Shown here: positions 41,016 through 55,904 of the stretch, in pieces
Position numbering within the stretch: position 1 is the first letter of the stretch
Layout: every line of letters begins with the position of its first letter
Origin: Octopus vulgaris
Taxonomy: Eukaryota
Length of the DNA stretch: 64,000 nucleotides
Direction of reading: 5' to 3'
Assembly: GCA_951406725.2 (NCBI GenBank)
Contig: OX597827.1
Span: forward strand, 6,758,001 to 6,822,000
Translations under genes and position numbers: made by a program
The notes under the pieces: generated by a model
What the model saw: the letters and a program-made list of their open reading frames with translations, nothing else
Told to the model about the DNA's origin: nothing
Databases searched by the model: none

Positions 41016-41193
41016 CGTAAAAAGCACCCACTACACTCATGCAGTGGTTGGCGTTAGGGAGGGCATCCAGCTGTAGAAACACTGCCAGATCAGACTGGGC
41101 CTGGTGCAGCCTTCTGGCTTCCCAGACCCCAGTCGAACTGTCCAATCCATGCTAGCATGGAAAGCGAACGTTAAACGATGATGATGATGATGA
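41016..41193 (+). mobile_element. Repeat family C copy
   Basis: Family match, (GAT)n tail. Confidence 0.85.
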
Positions 41194-41212
41194 TATATAC
41201 ATGCATGTATAT

Positions 41213-41446
41213 ATATTTCTTTATTGTCCACAAGGGGCTAAACATAGAGGGGACAAACAAGGACAGACAAACGGATTAAGTCGATTTCATCGACCCCAGT
41301 GTGAAACTGGTTCTTTATTTATCGACCCCGAAAGGATGAAAGGCAAAGTCAACCTCGGCGGAATTTGAACTCAGAACGTAACAGCAAGCGAAATACGGCT
41401 ACACATTTCGCCCGGCGTGCTAACGTTTCTGCCAGCTCTCCGCCTG
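41213..41446 (-). mobile_element. SINE family B
   Basis: Family match. Confidence 0.9.
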
Positions 41447-41725
41447 TATATATGTATATACATTTATGTGTAAATATAACTTTATGTAGTTTTAATTTGT
41501 TTTATATTCAGTATTTATAGGTTTAGGAGTGGGATAGGTGAAGGCATAGTTTGTATGGTAAGAAGTTTATTTCCCAACCACTTGGCTTTTTAGTTCAGTC
41601 CCACTGCATGACAACTTGGACAAATGTCTTTTACTAAAGCCCTGAGCCAAGCAATCCATTCTGAGTGGATTTAATAGATGAAAACTGAAAGAAGCCCAGA
41701 TGCCCATTACATGCATTATGTGTGT

Positions 41726-41761
<36 letters not shown>

Positions 41762-42130
41762 GTACATGTGCATGTGTGTATGTGTATGTATGCTTGCATG
41801 TGTGTTACTGCTTCTTTGCTTTGGCACTTTGTGATAGTTGCATTCTAGTGCCACCATTAGGCAAGCAGTGTTCATTTCCAATTTTCTGTAAAAAAAACAA
41901 AAAAAAAACATGTCTGGTCATGGGAAAATGTTACCTTACTTGAAAACAGGTGAGGTCTAGTGACAAAGTTATTCATTTACAATCATCTGTGAAAAACGTG
42001 TCTAATTATGGGAAAATACTAACTTGTTTAGGAACAGCTGAGGTTTACAGCAGGAAGGGCATCCATCTGTAGAAAATCTGCCTCAACAAACTCTGTCCAA
42101 CACATGCAAGTATGAAAAATTGGACATTAA

Positions 42131-42352
42131 CCCTTTCATTACCAACCCGGCTTAAACCGCCTCTGGCACTGAGTACAAATATCTTGTTTTCATAAGTTTT
42201 GAATTAAAATCTTCCACCAAACTTTAGTCACAATTTATGCTCCTAAAACCAGTTGAATGATAACTAAGTTATTTCACTAAATTCTTTGTTATATTTTAAA
42301 AATAATTGAAAGAAACACAGAGCATCTCAAAATAAATACAGTAATGAAAGGG
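42131..42352 (-). mobile_element. piggyBac-type MITE inserted in the tail of an old family-C-like repeat
   Basis: GGACA-TTAA|CCCTTTCATTAC...GTAATGAAAGGG|TTAA-AATGATG. Confidence 0.9.
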
Positions 42353-42671
42353 TTAAAATGATGAAGACAACAATGATGATGCCGACGATGATGATGATGA
42401 TCATCATCATCCTCATTCATTTATTGCAGCAGTATTAATTATTTAATGCAACTAAACTTGTGGTAACTAACAAAAATTGTCAGTATTAAAGCAATATACA
42501 AGAGCATTTTGATTTGAGCAAAATTATTCTCAAAACCTAGGCTTCATAACAAGTTGCTTGGTTTTTACTCTTATGCAGCTCTTGTTTTGCTTTTAGGCTG
42601 ATATTATAATTTCTTTCCCTCTCTCTTTCTCCCCAATTCTCTCTGTCTCTGTCTCTCTCTCACTCGATGTG

Positions 42672-42765
<94 letters not shown>

Positions 42766-44301
42766 CTTTGTATGTATGTATCTGTAGGCATATATATTTA
42801 GAGAGAGAAACAATGAGGGGAAAAAGAGAACGAAAAGAATGAGCAACTGTAATTGGGCAAAAATCGATTTTTGTTTTACACTTTGCCTAAGGTAATTAAT
42901 TCCCATGTTATATTTCATAATTCTTAGAAATAATTTGAAGTAATTTAAAATGAACATAAATTTTCTATTATTACATTAATGACCTTTTTTTTTCTGCTAC
43001 AACGTAATTTAACTAGTTATTACAACATTTAAATTTTTTATGAAAATATTTACACTTTAAATTTTATATATTAAAATTACAACATTCCCCCGATAAAGGA
43101 GAACTGTTATTCATTTACATTTATTAAATATTTTTATTCTGTCATTTTTATTTAATAATCAATTCTTCTTTAGCAAGCATAGCCATTGAGCATTTTTCAT
43201 TTTCATTTTTTATAAACTAGTGTAGAAAGGTGTCAAATTTCATGGGTATTTCAATGCTATTTGAATTTTCTTTACAGTTATGAAATTATTTGATAATATT
43301 TAATTTAAGGAGCAAAGAGCAAATGCATAAATTTTATTTGGCTTTTTGCTTTATTTTAAGATTTATATCATCTTGCACAATTTCATTAAAAAATACTTGT
43401 TATAAACAAAAATGATAAAAACAATTATATTCCCTTAGTTGATAACCATGGCATCGTGCTCAGCTTCTTAATAGAAGATGAATAATATTTGGCTTATATC
43501 TTGAAGATTTAATTTGACTTGGAGTTTCTTTGAGTGGTTTTACAAGACAGGATCTCTGGTTCTAAAAAGTAACATACATATTTTGTGGCATAACTGATTC
43601 TGGTAGGGAGTGATAAAGAGGAGGATCAATACTCCAATACTTGACTGATACCCTAGTTATTGATTCCTGAAATAACAAAAAACAATGGTGACCTTGGAAG
43701 AATTTGAACTCAGACCATAGAAAGTCAGAATAAATACTGCAACCCATTCTATATGAAACTCTGACAAGTCTGATAATTCACTACTTTTTCAACTTTCTAT
43801 CCTTCATTTGTCTTTTGTATTTTTAAGTAGAAAACTTGAAGGTGGATAACTTTTATTTTATAATACGTGCTATTGGAGCTCTGAATGCCATTCTCTTAAC
43901 TCCAAGGTTTACTAATATGTTAAGGACTTGTTTGTAATAACTTTTAATGATACACACTTTTGTGTGAAGAAATATAAAGGGTGTGAGTATAAGTATAAAG
44001 TGAAGTATGAGGAGTTAATGGGGTCTGTATGCAAGCCTCAACTACTTGCAACATAAACTTTTCATGCTAGATATACACTAATTTCATAAACAGAAACCTT
44101 AAGAACATCCTTAAATAGGAACACAAAAACACAGTCACTACATATGTGATATATTGAATGTGGTGCTCTAGCATGGCTTTCATTGTGATGTTTAAGTCAA
44201 ATTAAAGAACATATTAAGGAAATAGTATTGTGTGTCATTCTTTCTTATCATCAACAACATAATTAAAGTTTTTAAACTTGCTACAAATATTAGGCCTCCA
44301 C

Positions 44302-44451
44302 CAGTACCATGTTAAAATATGGGCATGCAGGGTAGTTGCCTGGGTCTAATTCTGATCTATGTGTGCTGTGGCTTGTTGTCAATAAATAAATGCTATAAAG
44401 TCCAGGACAATGATTTGCCCAGAGGTCTAAAATGCTGCTAAGACAGCCCTG
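44302..44451. mobile_element. Degenerate hAT-type MITE
   Basis: CAG...TAAGACAGCCCTG ends; 8 bp flanks GCCTCCAC / GCCCCAAC. Confidence 0.5.
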
Positions 44452-45037
44452 GCCCCAACAATTCAAAAATTAGCATTCAAAAATGTTACAATTTTTTAAT
44501 TTAGTTATCATGTCTCTTTTAATCAAGAGCACAAGACGTTTTGTGGAAGGGATTTTTAAACTTCTTAAATTTATAAATTCTGTATCAGAAACAGTGTTTA
44601 AAATATATTTGGTAACTAACATAGAGAGACTAGTGTCTGAAGAACTTAGTAATGATTGCATTAGTTTAAATTAGACCACTGAAACCAACCAAAGTACCTC
44701 TATTCTGTATTCTCTCTTTTCTCAGAGGAGTTAGATAACCTCTTTCTTGTGTTATTAATACACAGGAAACAACTATTTCCTTGGATGGGAAGAAAAAACA
44801 TTGTTTCATGTGTAACTTTTCCTACAAGCAAGATTGAATTGTATATCAAGGAATCATTTAATTTCAGTATTTACAATATTCACAATATACTACACTGTAG
44901 CACTACATAGAAGTAACTGAACTTGGCTTTAGTAAGCTAAATGTCATAAACCTCTTGTACACATGTTAGTATTAATATTATTGGTTGCTCACTTCACCAG
45001 TCTCCCATTGATTCCACTATTGGGAAACACAATTATT

Positions 45038-45260
45038 GGTTTCAAATTTTGGCACAGGTCCAGCAAGTTCAAGGAAATGGGGTAAGTCGATTATATCAAC
45101 TTATATCAGCCCCAGTGTTCAACTGGTACTTACTTTATCAACTCCAAAAGGATGAAAGGTAAAGTCGACCTTGCTAGAATTTGAACTCAGAACAAAGATG
45201 GACGAAATGTTACTAAACATTTTGCCCAGAATGCAAACGATTCTGCCAGCTCACCCACTT
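45038..45260 (-). mobile_element. SINE family B, older subfamily with different tail
   Basis: B body with tail ...GTGCCAAAATTTGAAACC; similar copies at 47050-47270, 47483-47702, 49518-49710 and 58869-59080. Confidence 0.8.
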
Positions 45261-46215
45261 TTATAATACATCTGTATTGCAACATAAAACACCTTCAGCT
45301 TCATATATAATTCAAAGTTGGATTACAAGCACAGAAAAACTGAACAGCATTCTAAATTAAGATTATCTTAAAAACTAATTCTCTTGCTTTTAATCACTCT
45401 GTGTCATACAGGACATTGATCCAGCCATGCCCACCATGTTCTATGGTTGTATTAGATAGCTTTTGTGATGTGCTAGATGCAAAGTGCTTACTAGCCCCAA
45501 GCTCAAACCAACTCCATTTCTTGGGGAGAGAGAGAGAGAGAGTGTGTGTGTGTGTATGTGTGTGTGTGTATGTGTGTGTGTGTGTGTGTGTGTGATAATC
45601 ACACAAGTACTTTACTGGTACTTTATTGATTGATCCCAAAAGGATGAAGATCAAATTCGATATTGGTTTTGGTGGGATTTGAACTCAGAATGCCAAGAGT
45701 TAGAAAAAGCCAGAACAATTACAGCAACGCATTTGTTTGATGTTCTCACAATTCTGCCAGTTGACCGTCTTCCGGAATCCAGCAGCAGGAAAGTATTGGT
45801 GGAAGTGGAAGAACAGTGGTATTTCATAACAACCAGATAGTTACCTAAAACTTGTGTAGGGTGAGGAATTAGATTCCTTTCATTCTTAATCAGTAATCAA
45901 GACAAACAATTAATGAGATCTAATAGCGGGATTTGCACTTCAAACATAAATACCCAAGTTGTTGTTGTCGTTGTCAATAAGAGATGAATACGAAAATTAT
46001 TTATTAGCTTTCAGCAAGAACACTAAAAGGGTTTTGATACAGTTTCGGAAACGCTAAAATCCTTAGGATAATCAGGGAATAGTTGCAGAGTTAATCCCCT
46101 TAATTATTTAAATCAATACCATTTCTTATTACTCATTGCTTTAACATCATCATTATAACCATCATCACCATTGTCACCTTCGTCATCATCATTATCGTCA
46201 TTATTATTATTATTA

Positions 46216-46267
<52 letters not shown>

Positions 46268-46269
46268 CA

Positions 46270-46311
<42 letters not shown>

Positions 46312-46574
46312 GCAGCAGCTGTAATAAATGTTAGAGTGTTGAGAGAGGAAAAATGATAAGGATTAAGACTAAAGCTAAAATGTGTGTCTCTGGCTTCCTA
46401 ATTCTAAGATATTACTCATTTCTGGCTGTTAAAACAAATATAAGTGATAAAAGCAGAAGAATAATAAGGTTTAAGTGTGAAATGACTGGATATGAAGAGA
46501 GATCTTTATTTCCCTCACACCACCGAAGTTAGGCTCAAATGTCACAGCAAGGAAATACAATTAAGCTAAAAATT

Positions 46575-46948
46575 ATTCTTTTATTCTTTTATTTGTTTCA
46601 GTCATTTGATTGTGGCCATGCTGGAACACTGCCTTTATTTAAACAAATCGACCCCAGGACTCATTCATTCTAAACCTAGTACTTATTCTATCGGTCTCTT
46701 TTGCCAAACTGCCAAGTTACGGGGACATAAACACACCAGCATTGGTTGTCAAGTTATGTTGGGGGAGAAACACAGACACACAAACATATATACGGCAGGC
46801 TTCTTTCAGTTTCCATCTACTAGATCCACTCATAGGCTTTGGTTGGCCTGAGGTTATAGTAGAAGGCACTTGCCTAAGGTGCCATGCAGTGGGACTGAAC
46901 ATGGAACCATGAGGTTGGTAAGCAAGCTACTTACCACACAGCCACTCT
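46575..46948 (-). mobile_element. SINE family A
   Basis: Family match. Confidence 0.88.
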
Positions 46949-48533
46949 GGTACAAAAAAAATATTTTCAAGGCTTTGCTTTGTTTAGTGCTATTGAAGAA
47001 GAAATATTTAACAAAAAATAAACCTTTTAAAAAATAATAACAATAATAATGGTTCCAAATTTTGACACTAGGCCACAAATTTTTTTTTGTTTTTTGTTGG
47101 TGGGTGAGGGTGCTAGTCGATTACATTGACCCCAGTGTTCAACTGATATTTGATTTATCAACCCTGAAAGAATGAAATACAAAGTCGACCTTGGCGGAAT
47201 TTGAACCCAGAACATGCAGACAGATGGAATATCGCTAAGCATTTTGCCTGGTGTGCTAACAATTCTGTGAGATGGGGGAAGGGGCATTAAATGTTTATTT
47301 CAGAAAAATTCAACTTTAAAAAAAAATATATATTTCCCAGATTCATAACCTCTGTATTTTTCTACATGGATAAAAAAAAAAAAAAAACGAAATTAAAAAA
47401 AGTTACAAATTAAGAAATTGCAGTAGGGACAAGGGAGAGTAAAATTTTGAAAATGTGATTTCTGGACAATACCAATGTTTTAAAGGCAGCGAGCTGGCAG
47501 AATCATTAGCATGCTGGACAAAATGCTTAACAGCATTTTCTCTGCCTTTTGAATTTGAGTTCCAATTCCACCAAAGTTGATTTTGCTTTTCATCCTTTCA
47601 GGGGGTCGATGAAGTAAGTACCAATTGAACACTGGGGTCAATGTAATTGACTCATCTATTCCCTTGAACTTGCTGGCCATGCACTAAAATTTGAAACCAA
47701 TATTTTAAAGACTATTATATTACCTGTCATATTATGGGTAACTTTGGAAGTACACTTTGAAGACTATGGGAAATATCAAGATGCAAGGCATACCTAAAAT
47801 CATTACAATTTAACTTTTATCAAATTACTTGGTTTTTATAGAAGAGGATGATTACATTAAATAAAATTAAATAAAACAAATTTCCCATTTGTATAACTCC
47901 TCCCATAACCACTCTGTCATTTACTCTCTCCACTTCCCTGCTCACTTCCAAACCTAGGTTGTGCATTCATCTTGCACCTCTAATGGCCACTCTTTCTATG
48001 TTTCACTCTCTGCCCCCTTTTTCTCTTTACAATGACTAGAGAAATCAAAGAAGCAACCAGCCAACCAACCAACCAATTATAGATATAAATATGATCTGAT
48101 AAACTGTATTTACTACCTTCAGTTTAGAAAGATTTTCATTAATCAGAGTTATTTGTTGTTTGAAACAAATTTATGAATATGATTTGTATTTGTTATTCTT
48201 AATGTTTGTCATTAAATATATTTCAGAAGATTTCTTCTCAGGATGAATTTATAAATTTAGGAGGTTTAAAAAACAAAAATATCAAAATTTAATTTTCGTT
48301 TTTTTTTTTGTTAACTGTGTTACTTAGTAATGGGGATTTAATAAGAGAATAGCATTTTTTTTTTTACAAAGCAATTATTCTCGAAAGCTAAGTTATAATT
48401 ATTCATTATTTAATGTCGACCAATAGAGAAATTTTCATAAATATGGTTGCAGCATTTAAATGCGTTTCTCTTATCCCAAAATTGTATATAAAAACTTGTC
48501 GTTCACATATTTTAAAGTTTTTTTATCATATGT

Positions 48534-48631
48534 TAGCTCAAGTACAGCAACTGTTATTGATAGCTCAAGTACAAATGTTATTGACAGCTCAAGTATAACA
48601 TGCCTTATTGATAGCTCAAATATAACATACC
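48534..48631. repeat. Minisatellite, four units of 24-27 bp
   Basis: TAGCTCAAGTA....TTATTGA repeated. Confidence 0.8.
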
Positions 48632-48821
48632 TGTGCTAGTATTTTATTAGAAAATTAGGGTAGCCAGTTGGTAGAATCAACTGGACAATATTGGTTTTTG
48701 TTACAATCATTTCTCTACTGTTTTTAAACCCCACTGGGATTTTCTATCCATCCTTCTAGTGTTGATAGAGTACTGCTTACGTGCTGGTCAAGGAAAAATT
48801 TATTATTCATCTAAACAAAAC

Positions 48822-48938
48822 TACGAGGAGGTATTAAAAGGTTCTCAGATTAGTTATGTTTGATAAAAAAATAACTTATTTACCTAAGCTGTAGCATCAT
48901 CTCCTCCAAAATGGTCACCTTGTGCCGCAATACACCAG
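48822..48938 (-). mobile_element. Mariner 3' end fragment
   Basis: TA|CGAGGAGGTATTAAAAGGTTC TIR; minus strand WCIAAQGDHFGGD (mariner C-terminal CI..GDYF motif). Confidence 0.7.
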
Positions 48939-49734
48939 GATAAAAGGCAAAGTTGAGCCTAGCGGAATTTGAATTCAAAACGTCAAGCGAGATGAAATAC
49001 CAGAAAGCATCTCACCCAGCGGTTTGGCAAAAGGGGCCGATAGAATAAGTATTAAGCTTACAAAGAATAAGTCCTGGGGTCGATTTGCTCAACTAAAGAC
49101 AGTGCTCCAGCATGGCCACAGTCAAATGACTGAAACAAGTAAAAGAGTAAAACAGTATATATATATACACACACACAATGTCATGTAAAGCACTATAGAA
49201 CACCTGTCTTTATATTTACTATTAAGGTAATTTTTATGGATGTTACTGATGGTGGATTTCACCCAACAGACATGTGATTTTGTACTCTAGCACACACTTG
49301 GCAAATCAGACGAGTATCTGCTACCATAACCACAAACGGATAAAAAAACCTTGTGTGTGGAATTTCAAAAAATGGAAAATCTGTGGAAACTTATCAGAGG
49401 GATCATTCAAGTTTAACTCTACTCCCTAGCAGCTGGTGACCTTCCTCTCTTTTGAAGAATTCAAGCTAAGTGTCCAGTTAAGAATAACTTCCTCACTTCC
49501 TAATCTTGATATTATAGATGGTGAGCTGGTAGAACCATTAACGCACTGGACAAAGTGCTTAGCGTTATTTCATCCATCTTTACATTCTAAGTTTAAATTC
49601 CACTGAGGGTAATTGTGCTTTTCATCATTTCAGGGTCGATAAGATAAGTACTAGTCATGTACTGGTGTCAATATAATTGATTACCCACCTTCCTCAAAAT
49701 TTCAGGCCTTTATTTTTTTGTCGTTGTTGCCAGT

Positions 49735-49950
49735 ACCGTCTGAGTGGCCCTCGTGCCGGTGGCACATAAAAGCACCCACTACACTCTCAGAGGGGTGTTG
49801 GTGTTAGGAAGGGCATCCAGCTGTAGAAACTCTGCCAGATCAAGATTGGAGCCTGGAGCAGCCATCTGGCTTCGCCAGTCATCAATCAAATTGTCCAACC
49901 CATGCTAGCATGGAAAGCGGACGTTAAAAGATGATGATGATGATGATGGT
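49735..49950 (+). mobile_element. Repeat family C copy
   Basis: Family match, (GAT)n tail expanded. Confidence 0.85.
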
Positions 49951-49964
49951 GATGGTGATGGTGC

Positions 49965-50016
<52 letters not shown>

Positions 50017-50765
50017 AATGATGATGATGATGATGGTGATGAGTTTACAATAGAAAGGATTATTATAGGCCCTATAAATGTCATGGACACTAATCATTTC
50101 CTTTAGCTAAATAATTAAAAAAAAAATATTATTTCAAAAAATAAGTAAATGAAAATTCTACAAGCTTAATATCAATGTGTGTTTCACTGAAAAATATGTT
50201 GCTCTTAATAGCCAAAGATTTGACAGTTTGAATGAGATTACACTAAAATACCTTTTTCTCATTGATTAACTTTTTAATACATTAACTTTTGTTTACAAAT
50301 AGTATAAAAGATTTGAATTTCTTTTTGTAATGAGTCTGAATTGTTTGTGAAAGGAAATATATATATTTTTTATAAATAATATTCAAAAAGTTAATTTGAA
50401 TTAGAAAGAAAACAAAAAATGCAATGAAAATTTCACAATTAAATATTTGGTCAAATGTGGTCGAGTTCTGAAAAGGTTATGTGAATTCACACTTGAATAA
50501 TATTATTAAGAAAGTAAGGCAGCTAAACCATTGCAGCCAATATTTTTGTTGATGACACAAGAAAGATGAGTTTTAGAAACAGCATTCATAGATGGGAATA
50601 AATCAATAAGTGATGCTTGGGAGTTAGATTTTTAGAAACTTTTATTGAATGCATCCTGATTAGCTAGATGTAAATCGAATAGTAATGATGACGATGACGG
50701 CGACGATGACGATGATGGTGTAGGTGGTGGTGGTGGTGGTGGTGGGGTGGTGGTGGTGGTGGTGG

Positions 50766-50824
<59 letters not shown>

Positions 50825-52583
50825 GTAAATTCTGAAACATATCTGATTCTAAGAGGAAAGGAATAAGTTGCTACAATAAATAAAGATTTTCTTGATTAAG
50901 GAGTACTATATGCAGCTGTTACCAGTAGGAAAGTGCTAGAAATAGAAGGTAAAGAGAGATAGAGAAACACAGAGATAGAATAATACATCGAAAAGCAAAA
51001 GGGATAGAGAATCTGAGAGACAGAAAGAGAACTATTTGCCTGAGGTCAGTTAGATAAAGATAGTTTTACTCTTAAGATAATGCCTGCACAGCTGCTACAG
51101 ATGCATTGATAGTAAGCTTATTATCATAGCTTTGAAGCAGCAATGCAAAATAGAGATGGAGCAAGTATAACGATGCATGAATTATTATATCTTACAAAAG
51201 GCATGGACACATTTCAAAGTGTGGTTTAGTGGGGATTTCAGCCAACCACAATCAAATCATAATCAGAGACAAGAAATATGTGAAAGTAGAATGTCAAACA
51301 GCCTGATGAAAATTACCTCTTCTGGTAAATGTCTAATACCAACAGAAGCCTAAGATTATTTTTAGATTGTCTCTGAAATTCTAAGAGATAACACGTGAAA
51401 GGAAAAAAAAATATGAATTACTGATGAATACATGATTACGGATCTGAGAAAAAGACCGTGAATAGTTGAAAATATCAGGTTGTAATTTAGAATCAATGCT
51501 GAGAGAAATTCGTTTTCATTAAAATAACTATGGATTTCCCTTTAGCTGCCTTGTGTAGAAATAATGAGAAATTTGTGCTCTTTTGTAGATACTGGGCATT
51601 TTGAGGATAAGTAATTCTGTGGATGTATAAGGTTGAAGGAATTGTTGAGTATTAATAACGAACTGATTAAATAATTATTTTCGATGAAAATGTCATCTTG
51701 GTTGTCTTATTGTAAATGTTAAATACATTAATAACTGAATGGAACAAGAATTACACCTAAATTAATGAAACAAAAATTCTACCTAAATAATACCTAGAAA
51801 ATATTGGAAAATGAAAATCTTCTTGACATTATTAAATTTAATAATATTCTAGAATAGTAAACCCTTCGAGGGGTAGTAAGTAAAACAATACAGTCAAGTT
51901 CTCTTGCATTTAAAATTCTTGATACATGTACAAATTTGACTGAGAAAAAAAACCTGTGTATGTTTTTGAAAGAACAAAACTCAATATTAATGGTATTTTC
52001 TGTTACCATTAAGATTTCATCTGTTACAACATTACACACTATAGTGGCTAAAATGAAAGAACATACTGAAGAGTAGAGAGTACTCTTTAGTCTTACAGAT
52101 AACAAGACAACCCCACTTGTGCTAGTGCCACAATAAAATGCACCCAGAACACTCTCTAAAGTGCTTAGGGAATGAGTGGTAACAGCATAGGGGTGAGAGG
52201 ACCTTTAAGTTTTGCTGAGGATGTGACAACTTCTCTACTGATGGTGCCATGATAAAATATGCCCCGTACATTCTGTATAGTGACTAATTGTGGGAAGGTA
52301 TTCGACAGCAGAAAAAACATGCCAAAAAAGTGAGACTTACAAATGAAATGTGCTCAGCCAGCCTATCAAGATGAGCATCAACTCCAGACAACTGACTGTG
52401 ACACTGACAATCCATCTAACTCATACAAGCATGAAAAGTAGTTGTAAAAATTATGACATTAATGGTGATGGTGATAGTGGTGGTGGTGGTGGTGGTGGTG
52501 GTGGTATTGATGGGGATGATGATGATAACAAGAATGATAATTACAATGAAAAAGATGATGATGTTGACACGGCGACGTCGACA

Positions 52584-52627
<44 letters not shown>

Positions 52628-53139
52628 AATGATGAAGGTGAAGAAGAGGAAAAGTCTCTTAAATGTATATTGAATAAAAACGAAATTCTTGATATACCTT
52701 TTATTTCTCATCCATGATATTCCTCATTCCACAATATTTATAAACTTGGTTTATTCTAAAGATTCATGCCAATACATTAAATTATTGAAGGTAATGTAAA
52801 TTGGGAGGGAAAAAATACAGAGTAACAGTAAACCATAAAAAAAAGTAGTAAGTTTAAGGTTTTCTACAAGACAAAGTTTAAGAGATAGTGAAAGTAGAGT
52901 TTTTAAAATGCGATTAATGGAGCAGAAGAGATTAGATTTAATGCATACATGTGAATTTCTAGGCCATATTATTCTCTTCTCAACTTCTATAACACACACA
53001 AAAAGAAAGGAAGAAAAAGCTCTTGAGAGCATGTTGAAATTCAACAACTGGAACCTAGTTACTGGGATGGCTGTGTCACATAAAAGCACTATAGCATATG
53101 TCTATAAAAAGAAGCTCATTAAATGATGTGTGTATAGAG

Positions 53140-53340
53140 CAGTGCTTTTCAACCTTTTTGCTGGAGCAGAACCCCAAGAAAACATTCCACTTGCTCGAGG
53201 AACCCCTGTGCAATAATTTAATTGTCTTATGCACACATATCTGCACAGGAGAATTAAAAATTACTGTCGACTTTAGCATTTTTGTCACTTCTTGCAGAAC
53301 CCCTGGACTGTACTGGCAGAACCCTGGTTGAAAACCACTG
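53140..53340. mobile_element. hAT (Charlie-like) MITE
   Basis: TIR CAGTGCTTTTCAACC / GGTTGAAAACCACTG; 8 bp TSD GTATAGAG / GTATAGAA. Confidence 0.88.
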
Positions 53341-54235
53341 GTATAGAATGATCTACTTGATTATGATTTATTGGGTAGACTGAATTCTTATGTTCATTCA
53401 TTTAACATCTGTATTTTCTGTGCTAGCATGGGTTAGAGAGGTACTGTATGAGACAACATTTTGCAACTAGATGTTTTTCTTGTTGTTATCCCCCTTCTGG
53501 TTTCCCATGCAAAGGACATTTTTATTTTAATGATTATAATGCCAACAAGAAATGTAAACTATATACCGTCATTTTGCCCAAGCAGTGGGAAGCAAACCCA
53601 TCGAATGTCAACAGCTGAGTAAACACACATACACACACACACACACACACACATACACTTTACTCTTCTCTATATCGCCTGTGAAAAACATAAATCTGAA
53701 AGAAGAAGCACACTCTAAGATATAGAGCAGTATATATTAAAAATGGGGAAGGCCAGTAATCCCATAAACCAGCCTTCCCCATTTTTAATATATATATATG
53801 ATGGGCTTCCATACAGTTTCCATGTGCCAAATTTACTCACAAGACATTGGTTAATCTGGGATCATGGTAGAAGGCACCTGCCCAAGGTGCCACACAGTGG
53901 GACTGAACCCAAAACCATGTGGTTACAAAGCAAGCTTTTTAGCCACACAGCCATGCCTGTGCCTACCTTCTTAACTACACAGTCATCTCTGTGCATGATT
54001 CTAAAATATCCATAATTTACTAAAGTACCAATATGGTATGCTTATGAATGCATAAATATATAAAGTTAATAGATTAAGTTTCACTATAATGTCAAACATT
54101 TTTGTTCAAGTTTATTTCAGTTTTATGTTAGTATCTGACTCACATAGAATTTTTGGAATGTCATACCAATTTCTATTATGCCTTATGCCTTTACAGATTG
54201 GGTGAAGTTGTTGCTTAACCCTAAGTCAGCCTTGT

Positions 54236-55545
54236 AGTGGCAGTACATGGCCTAGTGATTTGGGTGTTGGACTCATGGTCATAAGATTGTGGTTTCGATT
54301 CCTAGACCAGGTGACGCATTGTGTTCTTGAGAAAAACACTTCATTTCATGTTGCTCCAGTCCACTCAGCTGGCCAAAAAATAACTACCAGAAAAACCTGT
54401 GCAATTTGCACACCTGTGTAATTTACACAGGTGATTTTCAGGATAAAATTTGTTAAAAAAAGCTTCTACTCATGTAAAATTTGCATCTAAATGTTTTCAG
54501 AATGGCCAATATAGCCAAGTGAAGAAGATTTTCAGTTTAGTTGTGTTTAGCATAATTTCCCTTACTTCTGATTAGATTTTTTAAAAATTTTCATGAAATA
54601 AAAATGATTTTTGTTTAACAGGTATCACATTGAAAGCTATTAAACTACAAAGTGTTTGTGTTGGTTATAATAAACTTTATTTTATATTTCTTGTCCACAA
54701 GAGATTATGTCCAATCTTTAGCATACTGCTGTATGTCTTCTCTAATTACAATTACAGGAAAAGTTGTTGATGAGAATTACCAACAAAGATGAAGCTGATA
54801 AATACATACAGGTGTTTCAAATTAAGTTTAATTACCAATAAACATCAGCTTGGATGACACTTTACTCAACTGACAGAGGAAGGTGACCGACCAAGCTGAT
54901 TATGAAAAAGGAATTCTTTTCTGCCAATTCTTGTTGGAACCTTTGATATGGAATATTGGAATTTTAATCTTTTTCATACTTATAAAATGTCAAGCAAACT
55001 TTAAAATTTGTCATTACTGTTATTGTCAGTATGGGCAGAACTTATGAATCATGTACTGCAAAGGAGAAATTAAATATGTGCTCCTTTGCAATAGGTAGAA
55101 ACACCAAGCAATGTAAAATATGGCCTAGACCGTGTTTGCCACCATGAACGTCAGACTTCAAAAAGTAGTTAACCATTTAATGGTTTTAGTAAATTTATAC
55201 AGAAAAAGTAAGCATTATACTGTCCAGCATAAACATTATATTTATTCATTATATTTAAGCCATTATTTTTTCTGTAAAAACCAATCCTGACATTAAATGA
55301 GTCAACTTCTGGTATGAATGTTTACATTTTGTACATCTTTTTCATCAAAAAGAAATTTCAAAAAATATTCTGGAAACAATCTACTCATGTAATTTACACA
55401 CCAAATTTTTGTGAAAATAGTGCACAAATTACATGGGTTTTTACGGTAATGCTGAGACATACTGGCATCCTATCCAGGTGAGGATTTTATATGCCATGGA
55501 AACCAGGAAACTGGCCTTTATGAGTTGGCATTACTTATGAAGGTA
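54236..55545 (+). mobile_element. SINE family D-like copy split by a DNA transposon
   Basis: tRNA head 54236-54305; body resumes at 55449 ATGCTGAGACATACTGGCATCCTATCCAG. Confidence 0.7.
54385..55448. mobile_element. Non-autonomous pogo/Tc1-type transposon (~1.06 kb)
   Basis: TA|CCAGAAAAACCTGTGCAATTTGCACAC ... GTGCACAAATTACATGGGTTTTTACGG|TA TIRs with subterminal TGTAATTTACAC repeats. Confidence 0.75.
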
Positions 55546-55821
55546 ACTCTTTTACTTGTTTCAGTCATTTGACTGTGGCCATGCTGGAGCACTGCCTTTA
55601 GTCAAGCAAATTGACCCCAGGACTTATTCTTTGTAAGCCTAGTACTTATTCTATTGGCCTTTTTTGCTGAACCACTAAGTTATAACACACCAGTAAACAC
55701 ACCAGCATCGGTTGTCAAGTGATGTTGGGGAGGACAAACACAAACACACAAACGTTTTCCTATACACATATATATATATATACATATATATGACATATAT
55801 ATGGCGGTGGTGGTGGTGGTG

Positions 55822-55864
<43 letters not shown>

Positions 55865-55867
55865 CAG

Positions 55868-55904
<37 letters not shown>

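Noticed and set aside
48534-48631. CRISPR-like repeat-spacer appearance
   Set aside because: Variable segments are only ~5-8 nt and related to each other; eukaryotic minisatellite, no cas genes
50900-51500. Possible LINE endonuclease relic (GDF-like motif)
   Set aside because: Too degraded; a single short motif
51300-52230. Isolated CTGANGA heptamers (51303, 51421, 52066, 52215; also 521, 34117, 57850)
   Set aside because: No correctly placed GAAA or stems; expected by chance
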